NCBI GenBank assembly: GCA_963758525.1 | Contig: CAVWVQ010000003.1 | Coordinates: 320,001-384,000 of the forward strand | Source of the DNA: an uncultured Phycisphaerales bacterium | GTDB lineage: Bacteria; Planctomycetota; Phycisphaerae; Tepidisphaerales; Tepidisphaeraceae | DNA: 64,000 nt | Direction: 5' to 3' | Part shown: in pieces, positions 23,611-33,779 of the stretch | Layout: each line of letters starts with the position of its first letter | How positions within the stretch are numbered: position 1 is the first letter of the stretch | Program-made: the position numbers and the translations under genes | Notes under the pieces: generated by a model | Seen by the model: only the letters and a program-made list of their open reading frames with translations | What the model was told of the DNA's origin: nothing | The model's database searches: none

Positions 23611-24609
23611 TCATCCGCCTAGGGAATCTGAGTTGACTGCTGTCAAAGCACCGGGCCCAGCCGGGGATTCCGGTTTGGGGACGCTGGCTCGAATCGAACT
23701 GACCGGGACCAGCGGCTCGTCACATAAGTCCTTGTCGAGAAAGCCAAAAGCGTGCGGCGGCGTGATGACGCGCACACCTACGCGCTGCTGCTCTTCGCGG
23801 ATTTGCGATTTGAGCGATTTCATGTTGGTCCAATGGCAGCGCGGCCGGTAGTGGTGCTCGGCGTGGTAGCCGTTGTTAAACCAGACCCAGTTATAGAGCC
23901 GGTGGTAGCTGCTCACTCCCCAAGCCATCGGGACGTCGGGGTTGCCGCCGAAATGCTCGAAATAACCGTTCAGATAGCTAAGGCAATGGCCCAGGTACCA
24001 AAAGGGAATGAAAAACGCCAGAAATCGCCAATTCAGGAACAGCATGCCGACCATACACGCGCCGGTCATGCCCATTTCCACCAATCCCCAGGCTGCCTCG
24101 CGCGGATTATTTTTCTTGATTTCGCGGTAAGCGACCATCGGCTGGTCGCGGAAGAAGCTGGTGAAGGTGTAGCGCCAGAGATTTTCCGCATGCCCCTCGT
24201 GACCATGCTGATAGATGGAAAGCCAGTCGATGGTCTGATGGTCTTCGCCCGGCCTATCGCTGTTGCCGATGTGATGACGGCGGTGAACATAATCGTAGAT
24301 GACCTGAGAGAACTGGCAATCGAACGATTCCAAAAGGCTGAACAGACGATTGAGGATCGGCGAGTTGAAGTAACGGTTGTGGATGAAATTGTGCGAGATG
24401 CCGTTGATGTTCCAGGAGATGCTGAATGCGTACACAACTCCCAGCGCGCCGAGCAGCGGCGCCTTGATCGCCCACGCGACGTGCAGGCGCGCGAACACCA
24501 TATACATCGCGACCAGATACACGGCATGCACCACGCCGAAGATCGCCGGCACGGCATCCCACCAAGAATAGCGGAAAAGCCCCGGTCGTTTAGGGAGAAT
24601 CAGCGACAT
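23611..24609 (-). CDS. Membrane fatty-acid/lipid desaturase
   Basis: His boxes HNFIH, HRRHH and HAEHH with TM segments. Confidence 0.85.
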   Translation of the reverse strand: MSLILPKRPGLFRYSWWDAVPAIFGVVHAVYLVAMYMVFARLHVAWAIKAPLLGALGVVYAFSISWNINGISHNFIHNRYFNSPILNRLFSLLESFDCQFSQVIYDYVHRRHHIGNSDRPGEDHQTIDWLSIYQHGHEGHAENLWRYTFTSFFRDQPMVAYREIKKNNPREAAWGLVEMGMTGACMVGMLFLNWRFLAFFIPFWYLGHCLSYLNGYFEHFGGNPDVPMAWGVSSYHRLYNWVWFNNGYHAEHHYRPRCHWTNMKSLKSQIREEQQRVGVRVITPPHAFGFLDKDLCDEPLVPVSSIRASVPKPESPAGPGALTAVNSDSLGG

Positions 24610-24656
24610 AGGTGGGAGATGGTACGGGGTTGGGGGCGATTTGTTCAACTGAGGGA

Positions 24657-24780
24657 AGGCACGAAGGCACGGAGGCACGAAGGCACGAAGGCACGAAGGG
24701 AAGGACGCTGCGCGGCGGATTATTTGTTCATATCCCCTTCCTCACCCTTCGTGCCTTCGTGCCTCCGTGCCTTCGTGCCT
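24657..24780. repeat. Inverted arrays of short GGCACGAA/GGCACGGA units
   Basis: 24657-24700 and inverted 24747-24780; related copy at 49813-49845; related CGCGAAGG arrays at 25592-25689 and ~34000-34085. Confidence 0.8.
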
Positions 24781-25566
24781 CTCCCTTTCCCCCAACGCTT
24801 CCCTCTGCTTTTCCATCACTTGTTTGCAACCGGCCAGCGCCAGGTCGAGCAGTTCGTTCATTTGCTGCCGATCGAAGCCCTCCCCGTTCTCGGCGGCGCC
24901 CTGCACCTCCACGAGCTTGCCGCGGGCGGTGGCGGCGACGTTCATATCGACAGAAGCACGCGAATCGTCGTGATAATCCAGATCAAGCCGGGCCTCCCCA
25001 TCGACGAGCCCGACGCTGATGGCGGCAAGCTGGTCCAGCAAGGCGCTCGTCGGATCGTAGAACGCGGGATCGAATCGCGCAGGCAGCCGTCCGCCAGGCG
25101 GCAAACCGCCTCTGGGCGATGGCACCGTCGCTGGGAGCGTTTGGATCGCGTCGGCGAGCGCGACATACGCGGCGCTGATTGCCGCGGTGCGCGTGCCGCC
25201 GTCGGCTTGCAAGACCTGGCAATCGAGCGCAATGGTATGAGGACCGATTTTACTCAAATCGATCGCGGCTCGAATTGCCCGGCCGATCAGACGTTGAATT
25301 TCAGTTCCCCGTCCATCGGTGTGACCGATCTTCGGCCAGGATTTGTGCTGCGGAGTCGCTGCTGGCAGCATCACGTATTCAGCCGTGACCCATCCCCCCT
25401 TCTTGTCGACCGAAAACCACGGCGGGACCTCTTGCGAGACCGAAGCCGTGCAAAGCACGATCGTCTTCCCCTGCTCCCAGAGCACCGAGCCTGCCGGAAA
25501 CTCTGTGAACCGGCGGGTGATGCGAACCTTTCGCAATTCGTCGAATCGTCTTCCGTCTTGGCGCAT
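24742..25566 (-). CDS. rph: Ribonuclease PH
   Basis: GWVTAEYVMLP, GRGTEIQRLIGRAIRA, DCQVLQADGGTRTAAI, LDLDY, DMNV, VEVQGAAE. Confidence 0.95.
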   Translation of the reverse strand: MRQDGRRFDELRKVRITRRFTEFPAGSVLWEQGKTIVLCTASVSQEVPPWFSVDKKGGWVTAEYVMLPAATPQHKSWPKIGHTDGRGTEIQRLIGRAIRAAIDLSKIGPHTIALDCQVLQADGGTRTAAISAAYVALADAIQTLPATVPSPRGGLPPGGRLPARFDPAFYDPTSALLDQLAAISVGLVDGEARLDLDYHDDSRASVDMNVAATARGKLVEVQGAAENGEGFDRQQMNELLDLALAGCKQVMEKQREALGERERHEGTEARRHEG

Positions 25567-25769
25567 CGATTCATAATACCCGTTGGGAGGAAGAGCCGCG
25601 AAGCAGCGAAGGCGCGAAGACAGAAGCGACGAATCCCACCCTCCCCCCGCTTCGCGGCGGTCTTCGCGCCTTCGCGCCTTCGCGGCTCTTCTCCGATCTT
25701 CCACGAAAGGGAGCGAAAAACTGTCGCGGCAGCCCTTTTAGCTCCGATAACTGTTGCGAGGACGTTGCT

Positions 25770-25970
25770 ATGAACGAATTGGCAAAACTTGCCGAGCGGC
25801 TTCGCGCGATTCGTGCGCGGGAAAACGAGTTCCTCGGACGCTTCGCCGCAGAAAGTCTGTTTGATCGGCCGATATTCTTGGACGGGGTGCTGGCCGATCT
25901 GGAGCGAAACGGCAACGCGTCGCCTGGCCGGCTGAAGTCGAGATCCGGTCGTCAGAAGACCGACCGCTGA
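25770..25970 (+). CDS. Hypothetical 66-aa protein upstream of fliD
   Basis: ATG with GAGGA RBS; ends 26 bp before fliD; no family recognised. Confidence 0.4.
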   Translation: MNELAKLAERLRAIRARENEFLGRFAAESLFDRPIFLDGVLADLERNGNASPGRLKSRSGRQKTDR

Positions 25971-25996
25971 CGTGAAGCGGCGCTGAGCTTGCAGCT

Positions 25997-28728
25997 ATGG
26001 GAACGATCACTTCCAGCGTCGGGCTGATCAGCGGCCTGAATACCGGCTCGATCATCGATCAGTTGATCGCGATCGAGCAGCAGCCGGTCACGCAACTGCA
26101 GGCGCGGATCGCCACCAACACCGCGCAACAGTCCGCCTACAGCGGTTTTCAGACCCAACTGACAACGCTCCAGGGCGTCGGCCAGGCGCTGGAGCGCCCC
26201 TCACCTGGGCCAGCGCTACCGCCACCAGCAGCAACACCAACGCCCTGACGGCCACCGCCAGCGCCGGCGCCTCGACGGGATCTTTTCAGTTCAACGTCGC
26301 CCAGCTCGTGACCGCCCAGCAAAGCATTTCCAACGGATATGGCAGCAGCTCGTCGCTGGTCGGCGCGGGCAACATCACGGTCACGCTCGGCGGAGGAGAC
26401 CTCGGATCGCAGACGACACTGGCTGGGCTCAACGGCGGCAGCGGAGTGCCGCAGGGGCAGTTTCGCATCACCGACCGCAGCGGCAAGTCGGACGTGATTG
26501 ACGCATCGTCAGCCATCACGCTCGACGACATTGTCCAGAAGATCAACACCGCGCAGGACATCAACGTTCACGCATCCATCGAGAACAATCAACTGGTCCT
26601 GACCGATCAGACGGGGCAGACTCTCGGAAATCTCAGCGTGCAGGACATCGGCAACTCGACGACGGCGCAGTCGCTGGGAATTGCCGGAACCGCAACCGGC
26701 ACCGCCATCACGGGCGCGAATATCAACACTGTCGGAGCTGGAACCGCGCTCACGGCGCTCAACAATGGGCTCGGAGTTGAAACCGCGCAGGGCGCGGCGG
26801 ATTTTCAAGTGACCACCAGCGACGGGACGAACATCGACGTGACGCTCGGCGGGGCCGCGACGCTCGGCGACGTGGTTAAGGCGCTGAACACCGCAGGCGG
26901 ATCGAAATTCTCCGCGGCAATCAATCCCACCACCAATTCCATCACGCTGACCGACAACAGCGGCGGCGGCGGAACACTGGCGGTGACGGCGCTCAACAAC
27001 TCCAAGGCCGCGCACGACCTGGGCCTCGATGCGGCACCCAGCGGGAACACCATCAGCGGACACTCGCTGATCCCATCCCTGGACAGCGTGCTTCTCTCGG
27101 GGTTGCATGGGGGCGCCGGAGTTCCGCTCGGGAAAATCTCCATCACCGACCGCAGCGGCCAGAGCAGCGGCCCGATCGATCTGTCCGGCGCCAACAGCGT
27201 GCAGGACATCATCAATACGATCAACAACACCGCGGGCATCTCGGTGACCGCCTCGCTCAATTCGGCGGGCAACGGAATTCAACTGGTCGATACGAGCGGC
27301 GGCACCGGAAACCTCGTCGTCAGCGACGTGAACTCGACGACGGCCGCCTCGCTCGGGATTGCCGGCACGTTCGACAATACGCAGCCGATCGATAACGGCG
27401 GCGACCTTCACGTTCAATTTGTCTCGCAGAACACGCTCTTGAGCAAATACAACGGCGGCAAGGGAGTCAGCGCCGGTTCGTTCAGCATTACCGCCGCTTC
27501 GGGCGCCACCGCCACCGTCGACACGACGCAGGGGGTGTTCAGCACGATCGGCGATATCATCTCGGCGATCAATGCCAAGAGCATCGGCGTCACTGCCTCG
27601 ATCAACGCCAACGGAAACGGCATACTGCTGACCGATACGACGGCCGGCGCGGGGCACCTCACTGTCGCGAACGTCAATGGCTCGACGGGCAGCGATCTTC
27701 AGCTCACCGGAACCGCGACCGGCAACACGATCGACGGCTCATTGCAGAAGACCGTTGCCGTCACCAGCACCGACACACTCGCCAGCGTGCAGCAGAAAAT
27801 TCAGGCGCTGGGGTTTGGGGCGTCCGCGGCGCTGGTGAACGACGGATCGGGACAGAATGGCGAGCATCTTTCGCTGACGGCGTTCAACTCCGGGGTGGCC
27901 GGGCGGGTTGTCATCGACGGCGGTGCGACAACGCTCACGACGCAGAACCTCGTGCAGGCGCAGGACGCGGCCGTCTTCTACGGCGGGGGTAATGGATCGA
28001 AGTCGCTGCTGATCACGTCGGACACGAACCAGATCAGCAACGTCATCCCCGGCGTTACGCTGCAGCTCACGGGAGTCAGCAACGGCCCGGTGACGCTCAA
28101 CGTTGCCCAGGACCCCAGCGGCATCGTAACGCAGTTGCAAAGCTTCACGACCACGTTCAACGCCATCGTCACGCAACTTGGGACCGATACCGCATTCGAT
28201 ACGTCGACCAACCAGGGCGGGCTGCTGCTGGGCGACGAGACCGCCCAGGAAATCCAAAGCGAGTTGTATGTTCCGTTGCAGTCGGCCGTCAAAGGAGCCG
28301 GGAAATATACGCAGTTGAGCGACATCGGCATCACCATCGGCGACAAGGCGCAGATCTCCTTCGACCAGACCAAGTTCCAGGCGGCCTTTGCCGCCGATCC
28401 CACGGACGTCGAAGCGCTGTTCACGCAGGCGACCACCGGGCTGGGCGCGATCATCGATCAGAGCACGACCAAGCTGATCGATCCCGTCAATGGCGTGATC
28501 ACGCTGGAAAACAACACACTCACGAGCCAGAACAGCACGTATCAGGATCGCATCACGCAACTGAACGCCACGATTGCCAATAAAAAAGCCCAGCTTGAAG
28601 AGCAATTCGCGAATATGGAAACCGTGCTGGCCACGCTGCAAAGCCAGCAGTCCGCGTTGAGCGGCCTGACCGGCAGCACTTCCTCGTCATCGTCATCCAA
28701 GTCCACTTCGTCTTCGTCGTCAGGTTAA
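25997..28728 (+). CDS. fliD: Flagellar filament cap protein, long form (frameshift near 26200)
   Basis: GLISGLNTGSIIDQLIAIE N-terminus, QLVTAQQ, AQDA, NVIPGVTLQL, LSDIGI, QFANMETVLATLQSQ; next to fliS. Confidence 0.9.
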
Positions 28729-28763
28729 GAGCCTGTTTCAGAACCTGATGGCGCTTGTTACCT

Positions 28764-28873
28764 GGTTAGCCGCGCCGCGCAGCGAAGCACGTCCAGCGGG
28801 CGCCGCATGCCGACTCGCGCTCTAGGTCCGGAAAACGCCGCTGGACGCGCTTCGCTGCGCGGCGCGGCTAACC
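28764..28873. repeat. Long inverted repeat GGTTAGCCGCGCCGCGCAGCGAAGC..GCGGCTAACC
   Basis: Near-perfect arms of about 35 bp; related to 30054-30184 and a partial copy at 45601-45622. Confidence 0.8.
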
Positions 28874-28993
28874 GAGGTCCCGCAGCGCAAAAGTGGCGCT
28901 CGATTTTGCCGCGGCGATATTCTCCAAGTAATCCACTTCAAGGAGGCATGCCGATAGTTTGTCAGGCGGTTTCACCGGCGCAGGACAGGCACA

Positions 28994-29452
28994 ATGAATC
29001 CCAAGGCAGCGCAAAACTACCTTCGCACCCGGGTTCTGACCGCGACGCCCGAGCAGTTGCAGATGATGCTCTTCGACGGCGCGATCCGCTACGGAGAGCA
29101 GGCCCGCGTGGCGCTGGAGAACAAGAGCTGGGAAGCCAGTTACAATCTCATTACGCGGATGCAGAAGATCATCATCGAGTTGAATTCGAGCCTGAAGCAC
29201 AACGTTCTGCCCGAGTTGTGCGGTAAACTCGCCAGTCTTTATAATTACGCCTATCGCAAGCTGATTGAAGCCAACGTGCAGCACCGCGCCGATTCGCTGG
29301 ATGAAGCGCTCAAGATCCTGCGTTTCCAACGGGAAACCTGGGCGATGCTGCTCGATCAGCTCGCCAAAAAGAAGGCGGCCGCCGGCGCCCAATCCCTGGA
29401 CATGCCCGCCCCGGATCGGCGGATGGAAGCCAGTATTTCGATGCAGGGATGA
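28994..29452 (+). CDS. fliS: Flagellar export chaperone FliS
   Basis: YLRTRVLTATPEQLQMMLFDGAI, IIELNSSL, LASLYNY, RETW. Confidence 0.92.
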   Translation: MNPKAAQNYLRTRVLTATPEQLQMMLFDGAIRYGEQARVALENKSWEASYNLITRMQKIIIELNSSLKHNVLPELCGKLASLYNYAYRKLIEANVQHRADSLDEALKILRFQRETWAMLLDQLAKKKAAAGAQSLDMPAPDRRMEASISMQG

Positions 29453-29461
29453 TGCCGCGCG

Positions 29462-29562
29462 GGAGATTTGAGATTTGAGATTTGAGATTCATGATCTGAA
29501 TTTGAGATCTCAGATTTGAAATCTGAGATTTCAGATTCAGTTTATTTCAGATCTCAAATTCA
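29462..29562. repeat. Heptamer repeat (GAGATTT)n with inverted copies
   Basis: Multiple direct and inverted GAGATTT/TTCAGAT units; related array at 51465-51503. Confidence 0.8.
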
Positions 29563-29573
29563 AGATCCTCCCC

Positions 29574-30035
29574 ATGCAAATCGATTTGGCGCAACCTGGG
29601 GACGTGCCGCGGCTGGCCGAGTTGCTTGCAACACTCTTTGAGCAGGAAGCCGAGTTCACCCCGGATCGGGCGACGCACGAGCGCGGCCTGCGGCTGATCA
29701 TCGACGATCCGCAGATCGGGCGCATTCTCGTGTTGCGCGACGACGCGACAATTCAGGGGATGGCGAATCTCCTCTACACCGTCTCGACGGCCCTGGGCGC
29801 GCGTGTGGCGATTCTCGAAGACATGATCGTCGATCCATCCTGCCGCGGCCGCGGGCTCGGCTCAAAGCTGCTCGACGCGGCGATCGAGCAGGCGCGTGCC
29901 GCGGGATGTCAGCGGATCACCCTGCTGACGGATCGCGCCAACGCGCGGGCGCAGCGTTTCTACCAATCGCGCGGGTTCGCGCACTCTCAGATGACGCCGA
30001 TGCGATTATCGCTCAGTCCGAAACCCTTGGGTTGA
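29574..30035 (+). CDS. GNAT N-acetyltransferase
   Basis: LEDMIVDPSCRGRGLGSKLL, NARAQRFYQSRGF. Confidence 0.9.
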   Translation: MQIDLAQPGDVPRLAELLATLFEQEAEFTPDRATHERGLRLIIDDPQIGRILVLRDDATIQGMANLLYTVSTALGARVAILEDMIVDPSCRGRGLGSKLLDAAIEQARAAGCQRITLLTDRANARAQRFYQSRGFAHSQMTPMRLSLSPKPLG

Positions 30036-30053
30036 CATCCTCCCGCGTGCGCG

Positions 30054-30184
30054 GCACTCGCTATTCGTTAGCCGCCTCGCTCGCGAGGTGTGTCCAGGGG
30101 CGCTGATCTTACGAACAGCGCATTCCGGATGAGTGCGCCGCTGGACACACCTCGCGAGCGAGGCGGCTAACGAATAGCGAGTGC
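30054..30184. repeat. Perfect 44-bp inverted repeat
   Basis: 30054-30097 is the exact reverse complement of 30141-30184. Confidence 0.9.
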
Positions 30185-30290
30185 TGCGCACGCATCGAGA
30201 TTGGTCTCGCGCCGGACTGAACGCGCCGCGATCCGCCGGGGAATTCCAGCGTCGCTTCGCGTCGTCGCGGACCGTGTCACGCATGGGGCT

Positions 30291-33248
30291 TTACTGCGCC
30301 GCCGGCTCGTCGCCGTGGAGAATGCGGACGGCGCCGGCGGAGTCGGCGGTGCGGAGAAACAGCACGCCCATGAGGGCGTCATCGCGGCCGAAATCGACTG
30401 GGCCGCACCAGCTGGCGCTTTCGCCGGTGGAGGTGCGGTGCTGAACGAAATTGAAACGGATCAACGCCGGAAGTCCGCGGGTGGGATCGCCGATGAGTTT
30501 CCACGGGACGGCAAGCTCGCCGCGCCAGTCGCCGCCGCCGGGCGTGGTGGTGGCATAGCGGACGGCGGCGTCTTCGACGACCTGCCATTCGCGGACATTG
30601 TGCCTCGCGTCGAGCTTTTGCTCGACCCACACGCCGCCGTTGGGTTTGCAGACAATGTGGAGCACCGTTCCGAGCGGCTGGCCGGTTGCGTAGACCGGCT
30701 GAATGAGGATCTCGCAGAGGTCCTCCCCCCAGGCGCGGCGATCTTTATACGTCACGAAATTCTGAGCGTGGTGCTGCAAACCTTCGGCAATGCCCTGAAG
30801 CGAAAAGGCGATATAGAAATTTTCCGCGGCCCAGGCGCTGTACACGCGCGTGGGCGTCGCGGCACGCTGCAGCTCCTGCCGTTGCAGCGCCGGCCGGTTG
30901 AGCATGACGATCATCGGACCGTCCTGCATCGCGTCGCTTTCGACCCAGTCGTCCAGCGTTCCGTCAATCGACAGGCGTCCCTCGCGACGATCGCTGGCCG
31001 CCACGGGAAGCACCACGCGCAGCGGGCTGGGGACGTGCGTGGAGCCGTCAATGAAATCGACCTGCATCGGCAGCCGCGACGAGGGCGTGAGTTGCTCTGC
31101 GTCAAACTTTGCGTCCAGCGACGATCGCAGCACGTGATAAGTCTTCAAACTTGGAACGTTCAGCGGAGCGGGGTTGATCTTCCACTCCGGGGGAAGCGCC
31201 GCCCATTCGATCGTATTGCCGCCGGGCGTTTCGTCAGAAGCGTTGTAGATATCCATTCCCATGTGCAGATCGATCAGGCTGGGCGTCGCGGGATCCTTGT
31301 CCCACGACCACTCGCTGCTGCGACCGATCAACAGCGGACGCTCCTGCGGGCGGGCCCACTGCAATGTGTGGATGTACAGCTCGTGCTGCAGGACGGGATC
31401 GGCGGCCTGCCTCGGCGGACGCAGGGCGACCGTCTGCGCCAGCAGCGTTTCCGCCTCGCTCCAGGCGCGGATCGGTGGTGCCGCTCATCAGCGAATAGGT
31501 GGGGTCGGGCGCTTCTCCGGGCTGAATCTCCACAGGCTTGGTGATCAGCCGGGCCATCTGCTGGGCGTTGACCTCTTCGCCGCGTTCCTTGGCGAGGTAG
31601 AGATACTCAAAGTCCTGCTCCGCGCGGCGCAGCCATTTCAGCTGAACCGTCGGCACCGGCTCATCGACTCCGAACCAGCTCCCCGGATAGAACCAGATCA
31701 GCTCATTGGGGTCGGCCGGCTCGCTGGCGCTGGAAACGATCGGCAGCGGCGAGTTCCACATCACGTAAGTGGCCCGGCGCAAGAATGCGAGGAATGCCCA
31801 GGTGCGGACGTCGTGCTCGTCGCCGCCGGCGCCGACATAGGGGAGCAGACCCGGGAGATCGGTGCGCAGCCAATGCTCGGGCCGAACCACTCCCTGCGGC
31901 CACGGCTGCACGGGCGGCGCGAAGACGAGACTCGGGACCGAGGTGAGCAAACGCGTGGTCGTCGAGGAATCGATCAGCCGGGGATTGTTCGGATTTGCGA
32001 ATTGAACCTGATCGTCCTCGAGCGGCAACGTCACACGAATGCGCGGATGCACCGCAAGAATCTCCGCGGCTTGTGCTGAAAGGCTGATGCTCTCCTCGGT
32101 GCCCGCGCGCCGGGCGTGATTTTCTCCAGCGACACGGAGGTGTCCCCGAGCAAATCCAACTGGTCGAAATGGGTTGCCGCCTCGAACCAATATTGCAATT
32201 GCGACGGGCGATTCCAATTGTCCAGCAGATCCGGCGCCGGGAGCGGCCAATATTTCAGAGGCACGCCGTCGGCAAATGCGGCGCCCTTCAGCCAAGGCGC
32301 CAACAGAGAATCAACATCCCGCCAGTCCACCTGCGGAGGCTGTCCACGCTCGGCCCACTTCACCGTCGGTTGCAACCGCGGAACATACAGAGCGGTGCGA
32401 TGTTTCTGCGCCAGCGCGATCAACTGATCGAGTGTGCGAACGGTGTCGCGATAGCGCGCCTCGCTCCGGTTGATCAGTCGCGGCGTCACCGTCTCAAACC
32501 GGTCGGCATAATGCTGCACGAGACGATCCCACGAAATTTCGCCGATCATCTGCAAATGCCGCTCGGGGGGAAGATCGAACGGGTAAACCGTTAAATGCAG
32601 CGGCACGGTCGCCACCGGCTGGTCCTCGCCCGCGCGCATCAGATCGATCCTGCCGAGATATTCTCCCGCGCGCGTTTGCGGCGGGACGTGAAGATCGATC
32701 CAGACCAGGACCGGCGCTGAGCCCGCGCCGCCTACCCGCCCGTGGGGATCGGTGGGATGATTGGGATCGCGGAGCGTTCGAAGATTCAGCGAACCTTCCG
32801 TATCAAACTGTTCAGGGATCAGTGCCCGCGGAAGATTCCGCCCGGCCGTGCTCAGTCCCGTGTGACGAACGAATCCGGCGCGATCCAGATCGACCGGCAT
32901 CGGCAAAATCTGCGCGGGCTCAAAATTGGAAAGGCCGATGTTCGCATTGGCGTTGTCCAGTTCCAACTCATGCGCGCGAATCCAATATCCTTCCGCCTGC
33001 GGAAGATCGCGCACTTGCACCGTGAAGCTCGTCCACTCATTTCCTGCCGCGACCAGCGCAACCCCCTTGTCCAGCGCAACCGGACGCGCGGGATCGTTCA
33101 GACTGACCGCCTCCATCGTTGCAGACGTCACATCCAGTGCGCTGTGCTGTTCAACCGGAGGCACACACGATATTTGCGCCAGCAAAATGGCGATGCTCCA
33201 GAATGCTTGCGTGCAGGAAAGGCGGTTCCATGGGCGCCAAGTCTTCAT
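30291..33248 (-). CDS. Large putative lipoprotein, DUF4091/GH123-like with a C-terminal CBM9-like sugar-binding domain (frameshifts near 32100 and 31470)
   Basis: Lipobox-like AQISC; VWIDLHVP..AGEYLG..LHLTVYPFDLP; YPG..PTVQLKWLRRAEQDFEYL; IDGTLDDW; WRGELAVPW. Confidence 0.5.
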
Positions 33249-33686
33249 ATCGCCTGCGGCGTGCGCACTGGGTGTGCATCGGCTGGAAATCTGCTGCTTC
33301 TTTCGCCGTCTCTTGGGGGTGGTCCGGATCAGGCTGGCGAACCGCGCGGGGATGGTTGAAAAATAATCCGACACAAATAAACCAGCCTGGCTGCGAGAAA
33401 ACGGGGGAAAACGCCTGCGGTTGAGCGACGGAGCGGGCTGCGGCGCGGCTGGCGGAAGCCGGTGGCACGATCTTTGTTTTACCATTCTAACGTACGGACG
33501 CGGAACATGAAAGAACAGGGGCAACTGTGAGTCCCGCGTCTGAAAGAGAGTGAAGAACGGGTTGTGGAATTTGGTGCTCCTACTAAGGCGCACGAAACAG
33601 GAGTCGGGAGTATTAAGAAAAAATAAATAACGAAGCGTCAATGATGACTGATGCTTCTGAAACGATCCTCGTTTCCTCCTCCGCCA

Positions 33687-33727
33687 GGCCGCACGGACTC
33701 TAACCCTCCACCGTGCGGCCTTTTTTT
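33687..33727 (+). terminator. Intrinsic terminator with a CCUCC-containing loop and no plus-strand gene upstream
   Basis: GGCCGCACGG-actctaaccctcca-CCGTGCGGCC-TTTTTTT. Confidence 0.75.
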
Positions 33728-33779
33728 GCGCACATTTTTGAGCGTGTTCCCAGCGCCGGCGGCGGGTAACCCAGAACAT

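Noticed and set aside
23752..25773. Long antisense ORFs (e.g. 673 aa here, 604 aa at 45828-47642, 439 aa at 10712-12031)
   Set aside because: They are shadows of real genes on the opposite strand in GC-rich DNA, with no recognisable motifs.
28726..28747. IS5-like end GAGCCTGTTTCAGAAC after the fliD stop
   Set aside because: No matching second end or transposase found.
25743..28957. Sigma28 promoters before fliD (TCCGATAA, 25743) and fliS (GCCGATAG, 28950)
   Set aside because: Plausible -10 boxes, but no TAAA -35 at the expected spacing; too weak to call.
33507..33630. Short plus-strand ORFs (7 aa at 33507, 26 aa at 33550) as the product of the orphan transcript
   Set aside because: No clear RBS or recognisable features; they cannot be supported from sequence alone.
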